Of a DNA stretch of 64,000 bases, positions 27,143 through 36,503 are shown piece by piece. The position numbers and the translations under genes are program-made. Source of the stretch: an uncultured Candidatus Micrarchaeota archaeon (GTDB lineage Archaea > Micrarchaeota > Micrarchaeia > Anstonellales > Bilamarchaeaceae); contig CAWDQD010000007.1 of NCBI GenBank assembly GCA_963804385.1, forward strand, positions 100 to 64,099, in the 5' to 3' direction. The notes under the pieces are model-generated. The model made no database searches, was not told the origin of the DNA, and saw only the letters and a list, made by a program, of their open reading frames with translations. Numbering within the stretch: position 1 is the first letter of the stretch; each line of letters starts with the position of its first letter.

Positions 27143-27487
27143 GCGGTAGGCCACTTTCTTGGCCTTGAAGAACCCCCTCACTATCTTCACGGCTTTTTTC
27201 TTATCGAAACTCTTGCAGGTGTAGATGACCGTGGAGAAGAATTTTGCGTTGCCCCAAACATACAGAGTGATGCCTGAATCTATGAGCGGTATGAAAGCGT
27301 CGAAGCCCTGGTTTATCTCTTTCCCGCTGCTCGTCATATGTATGGTCGGCTCACCATACGCCCTGAGTCCCAATCCTCCGGTTATCTGCCGGAAGAACTC
27401 GATGATAGTGTCTTTGCCGACTTCTCTCTCGAATACTCCTTCGATGAGTAGCCGTTGCCGGACGATATTCGGAGCCAGGTCTTTCAT
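27134..27487 (-). CDS. S-adenosylmethionine decarboxylase-like (pyruvoyl AdoMetDC fold) protein
   Basis: 117 aa. IPLIDSGITLYVWGN and VIYTCKSFD align with the prokaryotic AdoMetDC segments LxESHIxIHTWPE and DVFTCG as I recall them. The catalytic signature is divergent. Confidence 0.5.
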   Translation of the reverse strand: MKDLAPNIVRQRLLIEGVFEREVGKDTIIEFFRQITGGLGLRAYGEPTIHMTSSGKEINQGFDAFIPLIDSGITLYVWGNAKFFSTVIYTCKSFDKKKAVKIVRGFFKAKKVAYRSF

Positions 27488-27511
27488 GCATCGATAAAGG
27501 AAGAATATGCT

Positions 27512-28795
27512 TTAAGTGATGCGTTTGTCCCCTTCAGCCATATCTTCCGCGATCGCAAGCTCCTCGTCGGTCCCGGTGACCCCCTTCTCCTTCATCAGGG
27601 TAAGATATCCGATCACAGCCGCGACAACCGCCGCGATACCGCCGACAGCCAGACCCCACCTGGGCCCGATGTTCTCCCCGACCCAGCCTATCGCTGGCCC
27701 GCCGATGGCCGTGGAGCCCAGGAAAGCCATGGACCATAACGCCATCACCCTGCCTATCATGGCCGGGTCGCTCTCGAACTGCAGGACTATCGTCCCGATC
27801 GTGATGAAATATATCGAGAACGCACCCACAACCACCAGCGCCAGTGTCATTGTGGCCAGGCTCGGGGCAAAAGCGGCTATGATGACCGCTATCCCGAAGA
27901 GGAGCGATGCCAATGGGAGCATTGAAGGCGAAGTCTTCTTCTGGCCCGCGATGTAGATGCCTCCAAGCAAGGCGCCGACCCCAAGCGCGGCCGTGAGCTC
28001 GGCGTAAGTCCCCGCGTCTCCGTTGAACGTAAATTGCGCTATCAGGGGAAGGCTGACCATGAACTCATAGGTGAGGGTGCCTACGATGGCCACTATTATC
28101 AGCGTGTAGAGAAGGACCTTGGATGATAGCACATACCCGAACCCATCCATTATCTGGCCTTTCGCGCGTTTGACGAGCGGGGCCGGGTTCAGCTCCGAAG
28201 CATTCATCATAAGGAGCACTATCACGACCGCAGCGTACGAGATGCCGTTGAGTATGAAGCATATGGTGATGCCTACGGTGGCGATGAGCGCGCCGGCTAT
28301 GGCCGGCCCTATCACGCGTGCGAGGTTGAACTGGCTGTTGTTCAGGGTGGTAGCATTCTTGAGTTCCTCCTTGCCGACCATCTCCATCATGAACGTCTGC
28401 CGTGCCGGGTTGTCCACCGTAGTGACAAGGCCGAAGAGCAGCGCGAACACATATACCATCCAGAGCCGGACGGCTCCGGTCGCTATCAAGGCCCCGAGGC
28501 CGAGCGCGAGGATGCCGAACAGTATCTGCGTGAGGAAGACCAGCTTCCGCTTCGGGAACCTATCCGTTATCAGGCCGCCCCACGGCGAGAGCAGCAATGT
28601 CGGGAGGTATTGCAGGGCGAGCACGAGCCCGAGCGCTGTGCCCGAGCCGGTTAGCTGCAGCACCAGCCATGGTTGCGCGATGGACTGCATGAACGTGCCG
28701 ATGGAAGAGATTATCTGCCCGAAGAAATAGAGCCGGAAGTTCCTGATGCTCAGTGATGACAATGTGTTATCAACGAATTTCCGGACTGGGCTCAT
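27512..28795 (-). CDS. MFS transporter
   Basis: 427 aa, about 12 TM helices. WGGLITDRFPKRK matches the MFS loop 2-3 motif. Confidence 0.85.
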   Translation of the reverse strand: MSPVRKFVDNTLSSLSIRNFRLYFFGQIISSIGTFMQSIAQPWLVLQLTGSGTALGLVLALQYLPTLLLSPWGGLITDRFPKRKLVFLTQILFGILALGLGALIATGAVRLWMVYVFALLFGLVTTVDNPARQTFMMEMVGKEELKNATTLNNSQFNLARVIGPAIAGALIATVGITICFILNGISYAAVVIVLLMMNASELNPAPLVKRAKGQIMDGFGYVLSSKVLLYTLIIVAIVGTLTYEFMVSLPLIAQFTFNGDAGTYAELTAALGVGALLGGIYIAGQKKTSPSMLPLASLLFGIAVIIAAFAPSLATMTLALVVVGAFSIYFITIGTIVLQFESDPAMIGRVMALWSMAFLGSTAIGGPAIGWVGENIGPRWGLAVGGIAAVVAAVIGYLTLMKEKGVTGTDEELAIAEDMAEGDKRIT

Positions 28796-28874
28796 GCGAA
28801 TCTTCTCTTTGGGTCTGGTCTATGGCATATTTGACGGGCCTAAAACATTTAAATGTAGCTACGGATTATTCAAT

Positions 28875-31031
28875 ATGAGACAACTTTTTATCTTCGTGGC
28901 GTTCATCGTTCTGGCCAGCATCTCATTCCCGTCAACCAGTGTCACGGGTTGCAGGAACATCACCAATGCCGCTGGCAGCCCATATATCCTTGCCAACAAC
29001 ATCAGCGGCGCCAACCTCAGCAACGCCTGCATCTGGATGTGGGCGAACAATACCGTGCTGGATTGCAATGGTTTTTGGATAAAGAGCAACAGCTCCAATC
29101 AGATAGGCATCATGTTCCCCAAATACGTGGTTAATGCTACGATAATCAACTGCAACATCTACAACTACTCCTATGGCCTGGAAACCGGCCTGTGGATCGT
29201 CCATTTGAATTTGACCAACAACACCGTCACCCTTGGGCAATATGGCTTCTATATATTCGCATCTGGTACCAACGACAACGACGTCATGGCGGGAAATACG
29301 GCCAACAACAGCACAGATTACGGATTCTATTTCTATGGCTCCTCGCTCAATCTCAGCTTTTACAACAATAGCGCCAACAACAACGGCGTTTCGACCGGGG
29401 ATGCCGGAATCTACTTCAATTCAATGACGAACAGCACGGTGTACAACAATATCGCCAGCAACAACTACCAGCACGGCATACGGGTAGATAATTCGCACTA
29501 CAATGTCTTTTACAATAACACCGTGCATGACAACACCCAAACAGGATTTTACCTCAATTCCAATTCCTACAACAATACCTTGCATGACAACATCGCCCAA
29601 AACCACCCCGGAGGCGAAGGTTTCCTTCTTTCTTCAGAGGTTAACGACACCCTGTACAACAACACCGTGACCGGCAGCGGCTTCGGCATATGGCTGGCTT
29701 CGAGCACCTACATCAATGTCAGCAACAACGATCTCGACAACGGTATCGGAAACGGCATCGCCATAGTCACGAGCAACAATAGCGTGATATGCGGCAATAA
29801 TGTCAGCAACCGCGGCAACGGCATCTACATGCAGCTGTCGAGTACCAACAATACGATATGCAACAACATACTCAGGAACGACAGCCAAGTCGGCATTGTC
29901 GTCTATAGTTCGCAGAACAATACCCTGTACAACAACAGCTGCGACGATAATACGTTCGCCGGCATACAGCTATGGTCCGCGATCAACATCACCGTATATA
30001 ACAACTCCGCGTTCAACGATACGACCTACGGCATCTATCTCACCGGCGCCAGCCGGAACACCATATCCAACAATAGCGCCAGCAACAACACGGCGGGGAT
30101 TTTCCTCGCTTCCAGCTCAAACAACAACAGCTTCTATGGCAACTACCTCAGCAACGACAGCGCGGGCGTCAATATCAGCAGCTCGGCCAACACTACCTTG
30201 GGCAACACGCTTTTCAGCAACAATATGCTTGATTTCCAGGTCACCGGAGTTTCCAGCTTCAACATGACCGGCTCCATCTTCGACAATCCTTCGGGCGGGA
30301 TGCAGAACTACACCAACCTGTCCATCAACGACACCGTGGGCAGCGGTGAATCGTACTCCATAGCCTGGACGGCGAACGAGAGCGCGCCGCCCCAGCCGTC
30401 TTTCGCCCAGAAGTTCGTGAACATCACCACCGTGAGCGGCACGCCGTCCATAGATTCCCTGGTGTGGAGCTGGACCACTGCTGAAACAGGCGGTTATACA
30501 CCGGCCAAATTCGGGCTCTGGGAATACAACTCCAGCGGCTGGACCTCTCTGAACAGCACCCCTGACACTGTAGGAGATACATTGAGCCGCCATGGCATGA
30601 ACCCGGGGAGCATCTACGGCATACTGCAGTCGGCGAGCGATTGCCAACTGATAAACGCTCCTGGTTCATACTCGCTTTCCGAGAACGCGACCGGAACGGC
30701 CGCGATACCATACGCAGACGGCAACACCACATGCATCCTGATAAACGATACGGCCAACGTCACATTCGATTGCGCCGGTTATATGATGAATGCGATAAAC
30801 GGCAGCTCTGTTTCCACTCAATTGGTGATACAGGATTCGAATAACGTGACTGTGGAGAACTGCATGCTCAACGTCTCCAATCTGAATGGGGTGGTGCTTT
30901 ACAACGCCTCGAACTCCGTGGTGAGGAACAATTCAGCGTTCACGTCTATCTTCTCTTACGGCCAGGGGGAGTCTCTGACCGCATTCTCCGATGCGGAATC
31001 CCACCAACACAAACAACAGTTTCATCAATAA
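28875..31031 (+). CDS. giant surface protein, N-terminal part: signal peptide plus right-handed beta-helix (PbH1/NosD-like) module 1
   Basis: Start MRQLFIFVAFIVLASISF has catttaaatg about 25 nt upstream. Periodic N-N-x / G-I-x-L beta-helix repeats and very many N-x-S/T sequons. The reading frame ends inside a conserved module. Confidence 0.75.
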   Translation: MRQLFIFVAFIVLASISFPSTSVTGCRNITNAAGSPYILANNISGANLSNACIWMWANNTVLDCNGFWIKSNSSNQIGIMFPKYVVNATIINCNIYNYSYGLETGLWIVHLNLTNNTVTLGQYGFYIFASGTNDNDVMAGNTANNSTDYGFYFYGSSLNLSFYNNSANNNGVSTGDAGIYFNSMTNSTVYNNIASNNYQHGIRVDNSHYNVFYNNTVHDNTQTGFYLNSNSYNNTLHDNIAQNHPGGEGFLLSSEVNDTLYNNTVTGSGFGIWLASSTYINVSNNDLDNGIGNGIAIVTSNNSVICGNNVSNRGNGIYMQLSSTNNTICNNILRNDSQVGIVVYSSQNNTLYNNSCDDNTFAGIQLWSAINITVYNNSAFNDTTYGIYLTGASRNTISNNSASNNTAGIFLASSSNNNSFYGNYLSNDSAGVNISSSANTTLGNTLFSNNMLDFQVTGVSSFNMTGSIFDNPSGGMQNYTNLSINDTVGSGESYSIAWTANESAPPQPSFAQKFVNITTVSGTPSIDSLVWSWTTAETGGYTPAKFGLWEYNSSGWTSLNSTPDTVGDTLSRHGMNPGSIYGILQSASDCQLINAPGSYSLSENATGTAAIPYADGNTTCILINDTANVTFDCAGYMMNAINGSSVSTQLVIQDSNNVTVENCMLNVSNLNGVVLYNASNSVVRNNSAFTSIFSYGQGESLTAFSDAESHQHKQQFHQ

Positions 31032-31952
31032 CAGCGGCACCAACCTGAGCCTCTTCCTCACGTCAGGAGGTCTGAATTCCATTTACGCGAATAATACCGC
31101 GATCGGCTGTGATTGGGCGATCATATTCGGCGGCTGGGGAAATAACGTAAATGCCACGCCAGTCCGGAACAGCACGATATCAGGCAACACCGTGATCAAT
31201 TTCAATAGCGGATCCGAAGCGTTCGTGGTCAACGGAACCGGAAACAATATCACCGGCAACCTTGTAGAAGGGACTGGCGAGGATAGCGGTACTTTCGTGC
31301 TGGACGGTTCATGGAACCTCATGGCGGGGAACACAGTCACGAACAACTACGAAAATGCATCTCTACATCCTGGGAGACAATAACCTTATAATCAACAACT
31401 CCGCCCTGGATGACAATAATTCCGGTTTCGCGATTACCTCTCGCAGAACGATACGTTCATCAACAACACAGCCGCAGGCAATGGTGAGAACTACGGCGCG
31501 GGGTTCTACGTATACGCTTCAAATATCACCATGTCAGGAAGCCATTTCTACAACAATACCCTGGACTTCGACGTTCAGGGAGTGGTCAACGTCAGCACGT
31601 CTGATTTCAATATGACTAATTCAATCTTCGACAATCCATCCGGCACCATGGCCGACTTCACCAATCTGAGCATCAACGACAGTGTGAATCTACTGGCGAA
31701 GAATACTCCATATACTGGTCCACCAACTCATCAGTGCTTCCAGCGGGCAAGCTCTCATTCGCCCAGAAGTTCGTGAACATCTCCACCGTGAGCGGCACGC
31801 CATCGATAGATTCCCTGGTGTGGAGCTGGACCGATTCAGAATCCGCCGGGCACACAGAATCCAATTTCGCTCTCTATAAATACAACTCCAGCGGATGGAC
31901 CAGCTTGAACAGTACTCCGAATACCGTCGGCGGACACATTGAGCCTCCATAG
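30991..31952 (+). pseudogene. module 2 of the giant surface protein, broken by about five frame changes
   Basis: Consecutive overlapping ORFs start at positions 28746, 30991, 31355, 31531, 31734 and 31939, whose values mod 3 are 0, 1, 2, 1, 0 and 1. Together they spell one homologous module: FDNPSGTMADFTNLSINDS / LPAGKLSFAQKFVNISTVSGTPSIDSLVWSW / MNPGSIYGILE. Confidence 0.7.
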
Positions 31953-34900
31953 CATGAACCCAGGTAGCATCTATGGCATACTCGAGCCATCATCCACTAT
32001 AAGCGGTTGCGAACAGATAAGCACTCCGGGCTCCTATGTGCTCACAAGCACCTTGACCGGCACTGACGGCGCGATACCATACTATTCCGGTTACTTCACC
32101 ACGTGCATCCTGATAAACAGCACATCCAATGTCGATATCAATTGCCAGGGGAACACGATCAATGTATCCGGCTTCGAGTTCTACTACCTCGAATTCGACA
32201 CCGCCATGGCTATAGAGAATTCGACCAACGTGACAATACGGAACTGCAAGTTCGATGTCAGCACCTCAGACGGATTGGCGCTTAATGTAGACACCAACAC
32301 AATGTTCCGGAACAACACGGCATTCGGTTACAACCCCAATTACAATACCACCGCGTTCTATGGCGGAAGCTATGATGGTGAGGATAGCGTGAACACGAGC
32401 TTCATCAACGACAGCGCCTCCGGCGTCTACAGGTTCGTCGGGATCTCAGGCTACAATTCCACATACGCGAACAACACTGCGCTGAACACCGTTTCCTCAG
32501 CGTTCTACTACGGGGCAGGTGTGCTTGACAACAGCACGGTCAGCGGAAACACGGTGACCAACTGCTCTGAGTTCAGCATCGTGGGCTCCGGCGACAACAT
32601 CACGGACAACCTGATCAAGAACGACCACTACATTGGATTAGACATCGCAGGTATAGACTACGGGGGCAACCTGGTGAGCGGAAACAACGTCAGCGGGACA
32701 ACCGGCACCGACGCATACGAAGGCGGCAGCGGATTTGTTCTAGATGGGCTTACTAATGCACCAGCCACACTGGTAAATAATATAGCGTATAACAATTCCG
32801 GGCCGGGGTATCTCATATTCCAGGATACGGACCTGAACGTCCTGAACAACGATCTCGCATACAACAACACGATCGGTTTCAGCGTAAGGGGCCAATATAA
32901 TCTCGCAAGCATGGTCAATCCTGGATATACCTTCGGAGTCGGCGCCCCCACATTGCAGCTGTGCGATAACGAGAGCAACTGCTTTGATATGCCAGTATCC
33001 AACAACCTCTCGAATGACGTGGCCGTGAACAACACCTATGCAGGTTTCTATACCGTATTAGGATTATCCACCACGTATCTCAACGACACAGCCACGGGCA
33101 ACGGTTACGGTTTCCTGATATCGAACTCCAACGACACAGTTCTCTCGGGCATCCACTTCTACAACAACTCGAACGACTTCATGTTCAACAACACCGCCAG
33201 CCAGTCCAACTACACCATGGTCAACTCCATCTTCGACAACCCGAAGGGGAGCATGCAGAACTACACCAACCTCTCCATCAGCGATACCGTAGCCATCACC
33301 GATGCCTACACCATAAACTGGAGCAGCAACTCATCATCGCTTCCAGCAGGCAAGGTCTCCTTCGTACAGAAATTCGTCAACATCTCGACAGTGAGCGGCG
33401 CGCCGTCCATAGACTCCATAGTCTGGAGCTGGCTAAGCAGCGAGCTCACTGGCTACAATGTGAGCCGGTTCCAGCTCTGGAAATACGATTCCAGCGGCTG
33501 GTCTTTGCTGAACAACACTCCGGGCGCCACCGCCCTAAGCCTCGCAAACATGAACCCCGCGAGCATCTACGGTGTCCTTCAGGACAATGACACGACACCA
33601 CCAGTGGTCAATCTCATCTCTCCGGTGTCGGGAGCTATAACCAATCTCACAGCGATGAATTTCACCTTCAATACGACTGACGACTCTTCGCCCACCATGA
33701 ACTGCTCGATGTACTTGGATGGCGCAGTGAACCAGACCAATTCATCTGTCCAGAACGCTACGACCACGATGTTCCAGGTTTCAGGCATATCAGACGGCGT
33801 CCATACCTGGAATGTCACGTGCATGGATCAGTCGAACAACCGGGGTTCATCAGCAACGAGGAACTTCACGGTAAATACGGTAGCCCCGTCAGTAACCCTC
33901 AATTCCCCAGCCAACCTCTCGATATTCAATGTCTCGAGCGTGAACTTCAACTTCACGACCGTGGACAACCTATCCTCGACAATGAACTGCTCCATCTTCC
34001 TGGACGGAGCACTCAACCAGACCAATGCCTCGACGAGCAATAACACCGCTACGATCTTAACCATAAGTGGGATACCAGACGGCTTCCACTACTGGTCGGT
34101 CCAGTGCAAGGATAATGCCAACAACGTAGGCACGAGTGTCAAGAGGAACTTCACGGTCGACACCACGGCTCCGGTAGTAACCCTCAATTCCCCAGCCAAC
34201 CTCTCCATATTCAATGTCTCGAGCGTGAACTTCAACTTCACGACCGTGGACAACCTATCCTCGACAATGAACTGCTCCATCTTCCTGGACGGAGCACTCA
34301 ACCAGACCAACGCGGCTACAGCCAACAACACACCAACGCTCTTCACGATCAGCGCCATCCCAGACGGCTTCCACTACTGGTCGGTCCAGTGCATAAGCAA
34401 TGCGAGCAACGTGGGCACGAGCGTCAAGAGGAACTTCACGGTAGATACGGTGCCCCCGACAGTCACCTTGAATTCCCCAGCCAACCTCTCGATATTCAAT
34501 GTCTCGAGCGTGAACTTCAACTTCACGACCGTGGACAACCTATCCTCGACAATGAACTGCTCCATCTTCCTGGACGGAGCACTCAACCAGACCAACGCGG
34601 CTACAGCCAACAACACACCAACGCTCTTCACGATCAGCGCCATCCCAGACGGCTTCCACTACTGGTCGGTCCAGTGCATAAGCAATGCGAGCAACGTGGG
34701 CACGAGCGTCAAGAGGAACTTCACGGTAGATACGGTGCCCCCGACAGTCACCTTGAATTCCCCAGCCAACCTCTCGATATTCAATGTCTCGAGCGTGAAC
34801 TTCAACTTCACGACCGTGGACAATCTATCCTCGACAATGAACTGCTCCATCTACCTGGACGGAGCACTCAACCAGACCAATGCGGCTACAGCCAACAACA

Positions 34901-36375
34901 CACCAACGCTCTTCACGATCAGCGGTATCCCGGATGGATACCACCTCTGGTCAGTCCAGTGCGCGGACAATGCGGACAATGTGGGTACTAGCGTGGCGAG
35001 CAACGTCGCGGTCGATACAAGTATACCCGTAATCCAGCTCAATAGCCCAGTGGGCGGAGCCACAGTGACGACTTCCACGGTCCCGTTCAATTTCACCGTA
35101 GTGAGCAATTTCTCAGCCACGATGAACTGCTCGCTGTACCTGGATGGCAACCTCACTGCGACCAATATCTCGGCAGCCAACGATACCGCAATATCATTCA
35201 GCGTATCAAGCGTAATGGATGGGAGCCACAATTGGTCAGTATCCTGCATGGACATATCATCGAATGTCGGAGTCAGCGCAACTCAGAGTTTCATAGTGAA
35301 TACGTTCACCAGCGAACCGACCAACCCTCCGACGTTGCCTCAGCTCTCTGCCAGCCTCTCCAGCAACTGCACGGGCAATGTCGTCACCGTGTCTAACGGA
35401 GGCTCGCAGATAAGCGGCGTCACCGTCATAGTGGATGACGCCTCTAGCTTGGGTACATTGTACTCAGGAACCTCTGACGACAGCGGCCATCTGAACTTCT
35501 CGGGATGCGGCCTCAGCGTAAGGATAACGGTTGAGAAAGACGGCTACCAGACGGAGCAGTTCAACGAGCAGACCGTAGCGTGCGGGCAATGCGTACAATG
35601 CACGCAGGACAGCGACTGCCCTGATGCCGATAGCTGCGTCAACCAGAGCTGCGTGGCTGTCCAATGCAGCTGCGGCCAGATAGCCAATCATACGTGCAGC
35701 GCGTACGGATGCTGCTCTGACAGCCAATGCCCATCCGGCCAATACTGCCAGGGTCACACCTGCCAATACCCGAGCACTACGACGTCTAAGCCGGTATATC
35801 AATGCACATCGGATGGAGATTGCGCCAGCGACCAATCATGCAACATCCCGGCCGGGGCCAAAGGAGGCAACTGCCAGCAGATCACCGGATGCGGCGCGGT
35901 GGCCAACCATGTCCTGAGCCCGTACCAATGCGGTTCGGGTCCTTATTGCCCGTCCTGCGGCGATGGCCAGATCTGCCTGGATAACGTGTGCAAGAGCTTC
36001 GATCTAAGGGGACCAAGTTCAGGATTCATAGGAGATGCCCCTAGTGTGCAGGCGCTGGAGGATAATCTTACCTGCAGTGGATGCGACCTGAGGATAACGG
36101 ATCCGACCGGGAAAGTCCTCACAGGGAAGACGGACGCGTCCGGCAACTTCTCATTGCCGTTGAAGGTGACCGGTACATATACCGTCGCGTATATGAAAAA
36201 CGGCACCGTGGTGAAGACAGTGGAGATCAATGCGCTGCCAAAATCCGCTCCGCTATTGCCTTCGCTCCCTACAACGGTAATATCCAATCAGAACTGGTTC
36301 CCATGGATGCTCCTGCTGCTCATAATAATCGCGGTGGCACTCTACTGGTTGAGGATAAAGAAACCTAGAAAATGA
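31939..36375 (+). CDS. giant surface protein, C-terminal part: beta-helix module 3, six Ig-like repeats, Cys-rich region, C-terminal TM anchor
   Basis: 1478-aa ORF. Its first Met lies inside the conserved MNPGSIYGIL element, so it is not a true start. Six 95-aa repeats. CxxC-rich segment CGQCVQCTQDSDCPDADSC.... Terminal WFPWMLLLLIIIAVALYWLRIKKPRK. Confidence 0.8.
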   Translation: MSLHSMNPGSIYGILEPSSTISGCEQISTPGSYVLTSTLTGTDGAIPYYSGYFTTCILINSTSNVDINCQGNTINVSGFEFYYLEFDTAMAIENSTNVTIRNCKFDVSTSDGLALNVDTNTMFRNNTAFGYNPNYNTTAFYGGSYDGEDSVNTSFINDSASGVYRFVGISGYNSTYANNTALNTVSSAFYYGAGVLDNSTVSGNTVTNCSEFSIVGSGDNITDNLIKNDHYIGLDIAGIDYGGNLVSGNNVSGTTGTDAYEGGSGFVLDGLTNAPATLVNNIAYNNSGPGYLIFQDTDLNVLNNDLAYNNTIGFSVRGQYNLASMVNPGYTFGVGAPTLQLCDNESNCFDMPVSNNLSNDVAVNNTYAGFYTVLGLSTTYLNDTATGNGYGFLISNSNDTVLSGIHFYNNSNDFMFNNTASQSNYTMVNSIFDNPKGSMQNYTNLSISDTVAITDAYTINWSSNSSSLPAGKVSFVQKFVNISTVSGAPSIDSIVWSWLSSELTGYNVSRFQLWKYDSSGWSLLNNTPGATALSLANMNPASIYGVLQDNDTTPPVVNLISPVSGAITNLTAMNFTFNTTDDSSPTMNCSMYLDGAVNQTNSSVQNATTTMFQVSGISDGVHTWNVTCMDQSNNRGSSATRNFTVNTVAPSVTLNSPANLSIFNVSSVNFNFTTVDNLSSTMNCSIFLDGALNQTNASTSNNTATILTISGIPDGFHYWSVQCKDNANNVGTSVKRNFTVDTTAPVVTLNSPANLSIFNVSSVNFNFTTVDNLSSTMNCSIFLDGALNQTNAATANNTPTLFTISAIPDGFHYWSVQCISNASNVGTSVKRNFTVDTVPPTVTLNSPANLSIFNVSSVNFNFTTVDNLSSTMNCSIFLDGALNQTNAATANNTPTLFTISAIPDGFHYWSVQCISNASNVGTSVKRNFTVDTVPPTVTLNSPANLSIFNVSSVNFNFTTVDNLSSTMNCSIYLDGALNQTNAATANNTPTLFTISGIPDGYHLWSVQCADNADNVGTSVASNVAVDTSIPVIQLNSPVGGATVTTSTVPFNFTVVSNFSATMNCSLYLDGNLTATNISAANDTAISFSVSSVMDGSHNWSVSCMDISSNVGVSATQSFIVNTFTSEPTNPPTLPQLSASLSSNCTGNVVTVSNGGSQISGVTVIVDDASSLGTLYSGTSDDSGHLNFSGCGLSVRITVEKDGYQTEQFNEQTVACGQCVQCTQDSDCPDADSCVNQSCVAVQCSCGQIANHTCSAYGCCSDSQCPSGQYCQGHTCQYPSTTTSKPVYQCTSDGDCASDQSCNIPAGAKGGNCQQITGCGAVANHVLSPYQCGSGPYCPSCGDGQICLDNVCKSFDLRGPSSGFIGDAPSVQALEDNLTCSGCDLRITDPTGKVLTGKTDASGNFSLPLKVTGTYTVAYMKNGTVVKTVEINALPKSAPLLPSLPTTVISNQNWFPWMLLLLIIIAVALYWLRIKKPRK
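33595..35304 (+). repeat. six tandem 285-bp (95-aa) repeats; the central copies are almost identical at the DNA level
   Basis: Repeat starts are 33595, 33880, 34165, 34450, 34735 and 35020. Copies starting at 34165 and 34450 are identical by eye except for about the first 20 nt and one later base. Confidence 0.9.
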
Positions 36376-36503
36376 TTTTTTTACTCCATCCCAGTGTCCG
36401 GCCAATGAAGCGGGCATGCCATGCCAACTCCATCATATAATGTGTCAGCTTGTGTCTTTTTAAAGTGTCTATCCCATAGGATATACGGCTGGGACCGCAT
36501 TTT

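Noticed and set aside
31939-31941. ATG at 31939 as the true start of the 1478-aa surface protein
   Set aside because: This Met is the conserved M of the MNPGSIYGIL element also present inside modules 1 and 3. No signal peptide follows, so the ORF is a continuation of a disrupted larger gene.
33595-35304. Regular 285-bp repeats as a possible CRISPR-like array
   Set aside because: The repeats are contiguous with no spacers, in frame, and encode Ig-like protein domains. Minus-strand ORFs 34089..34358 and 34374..34643 are their antisense shadows.
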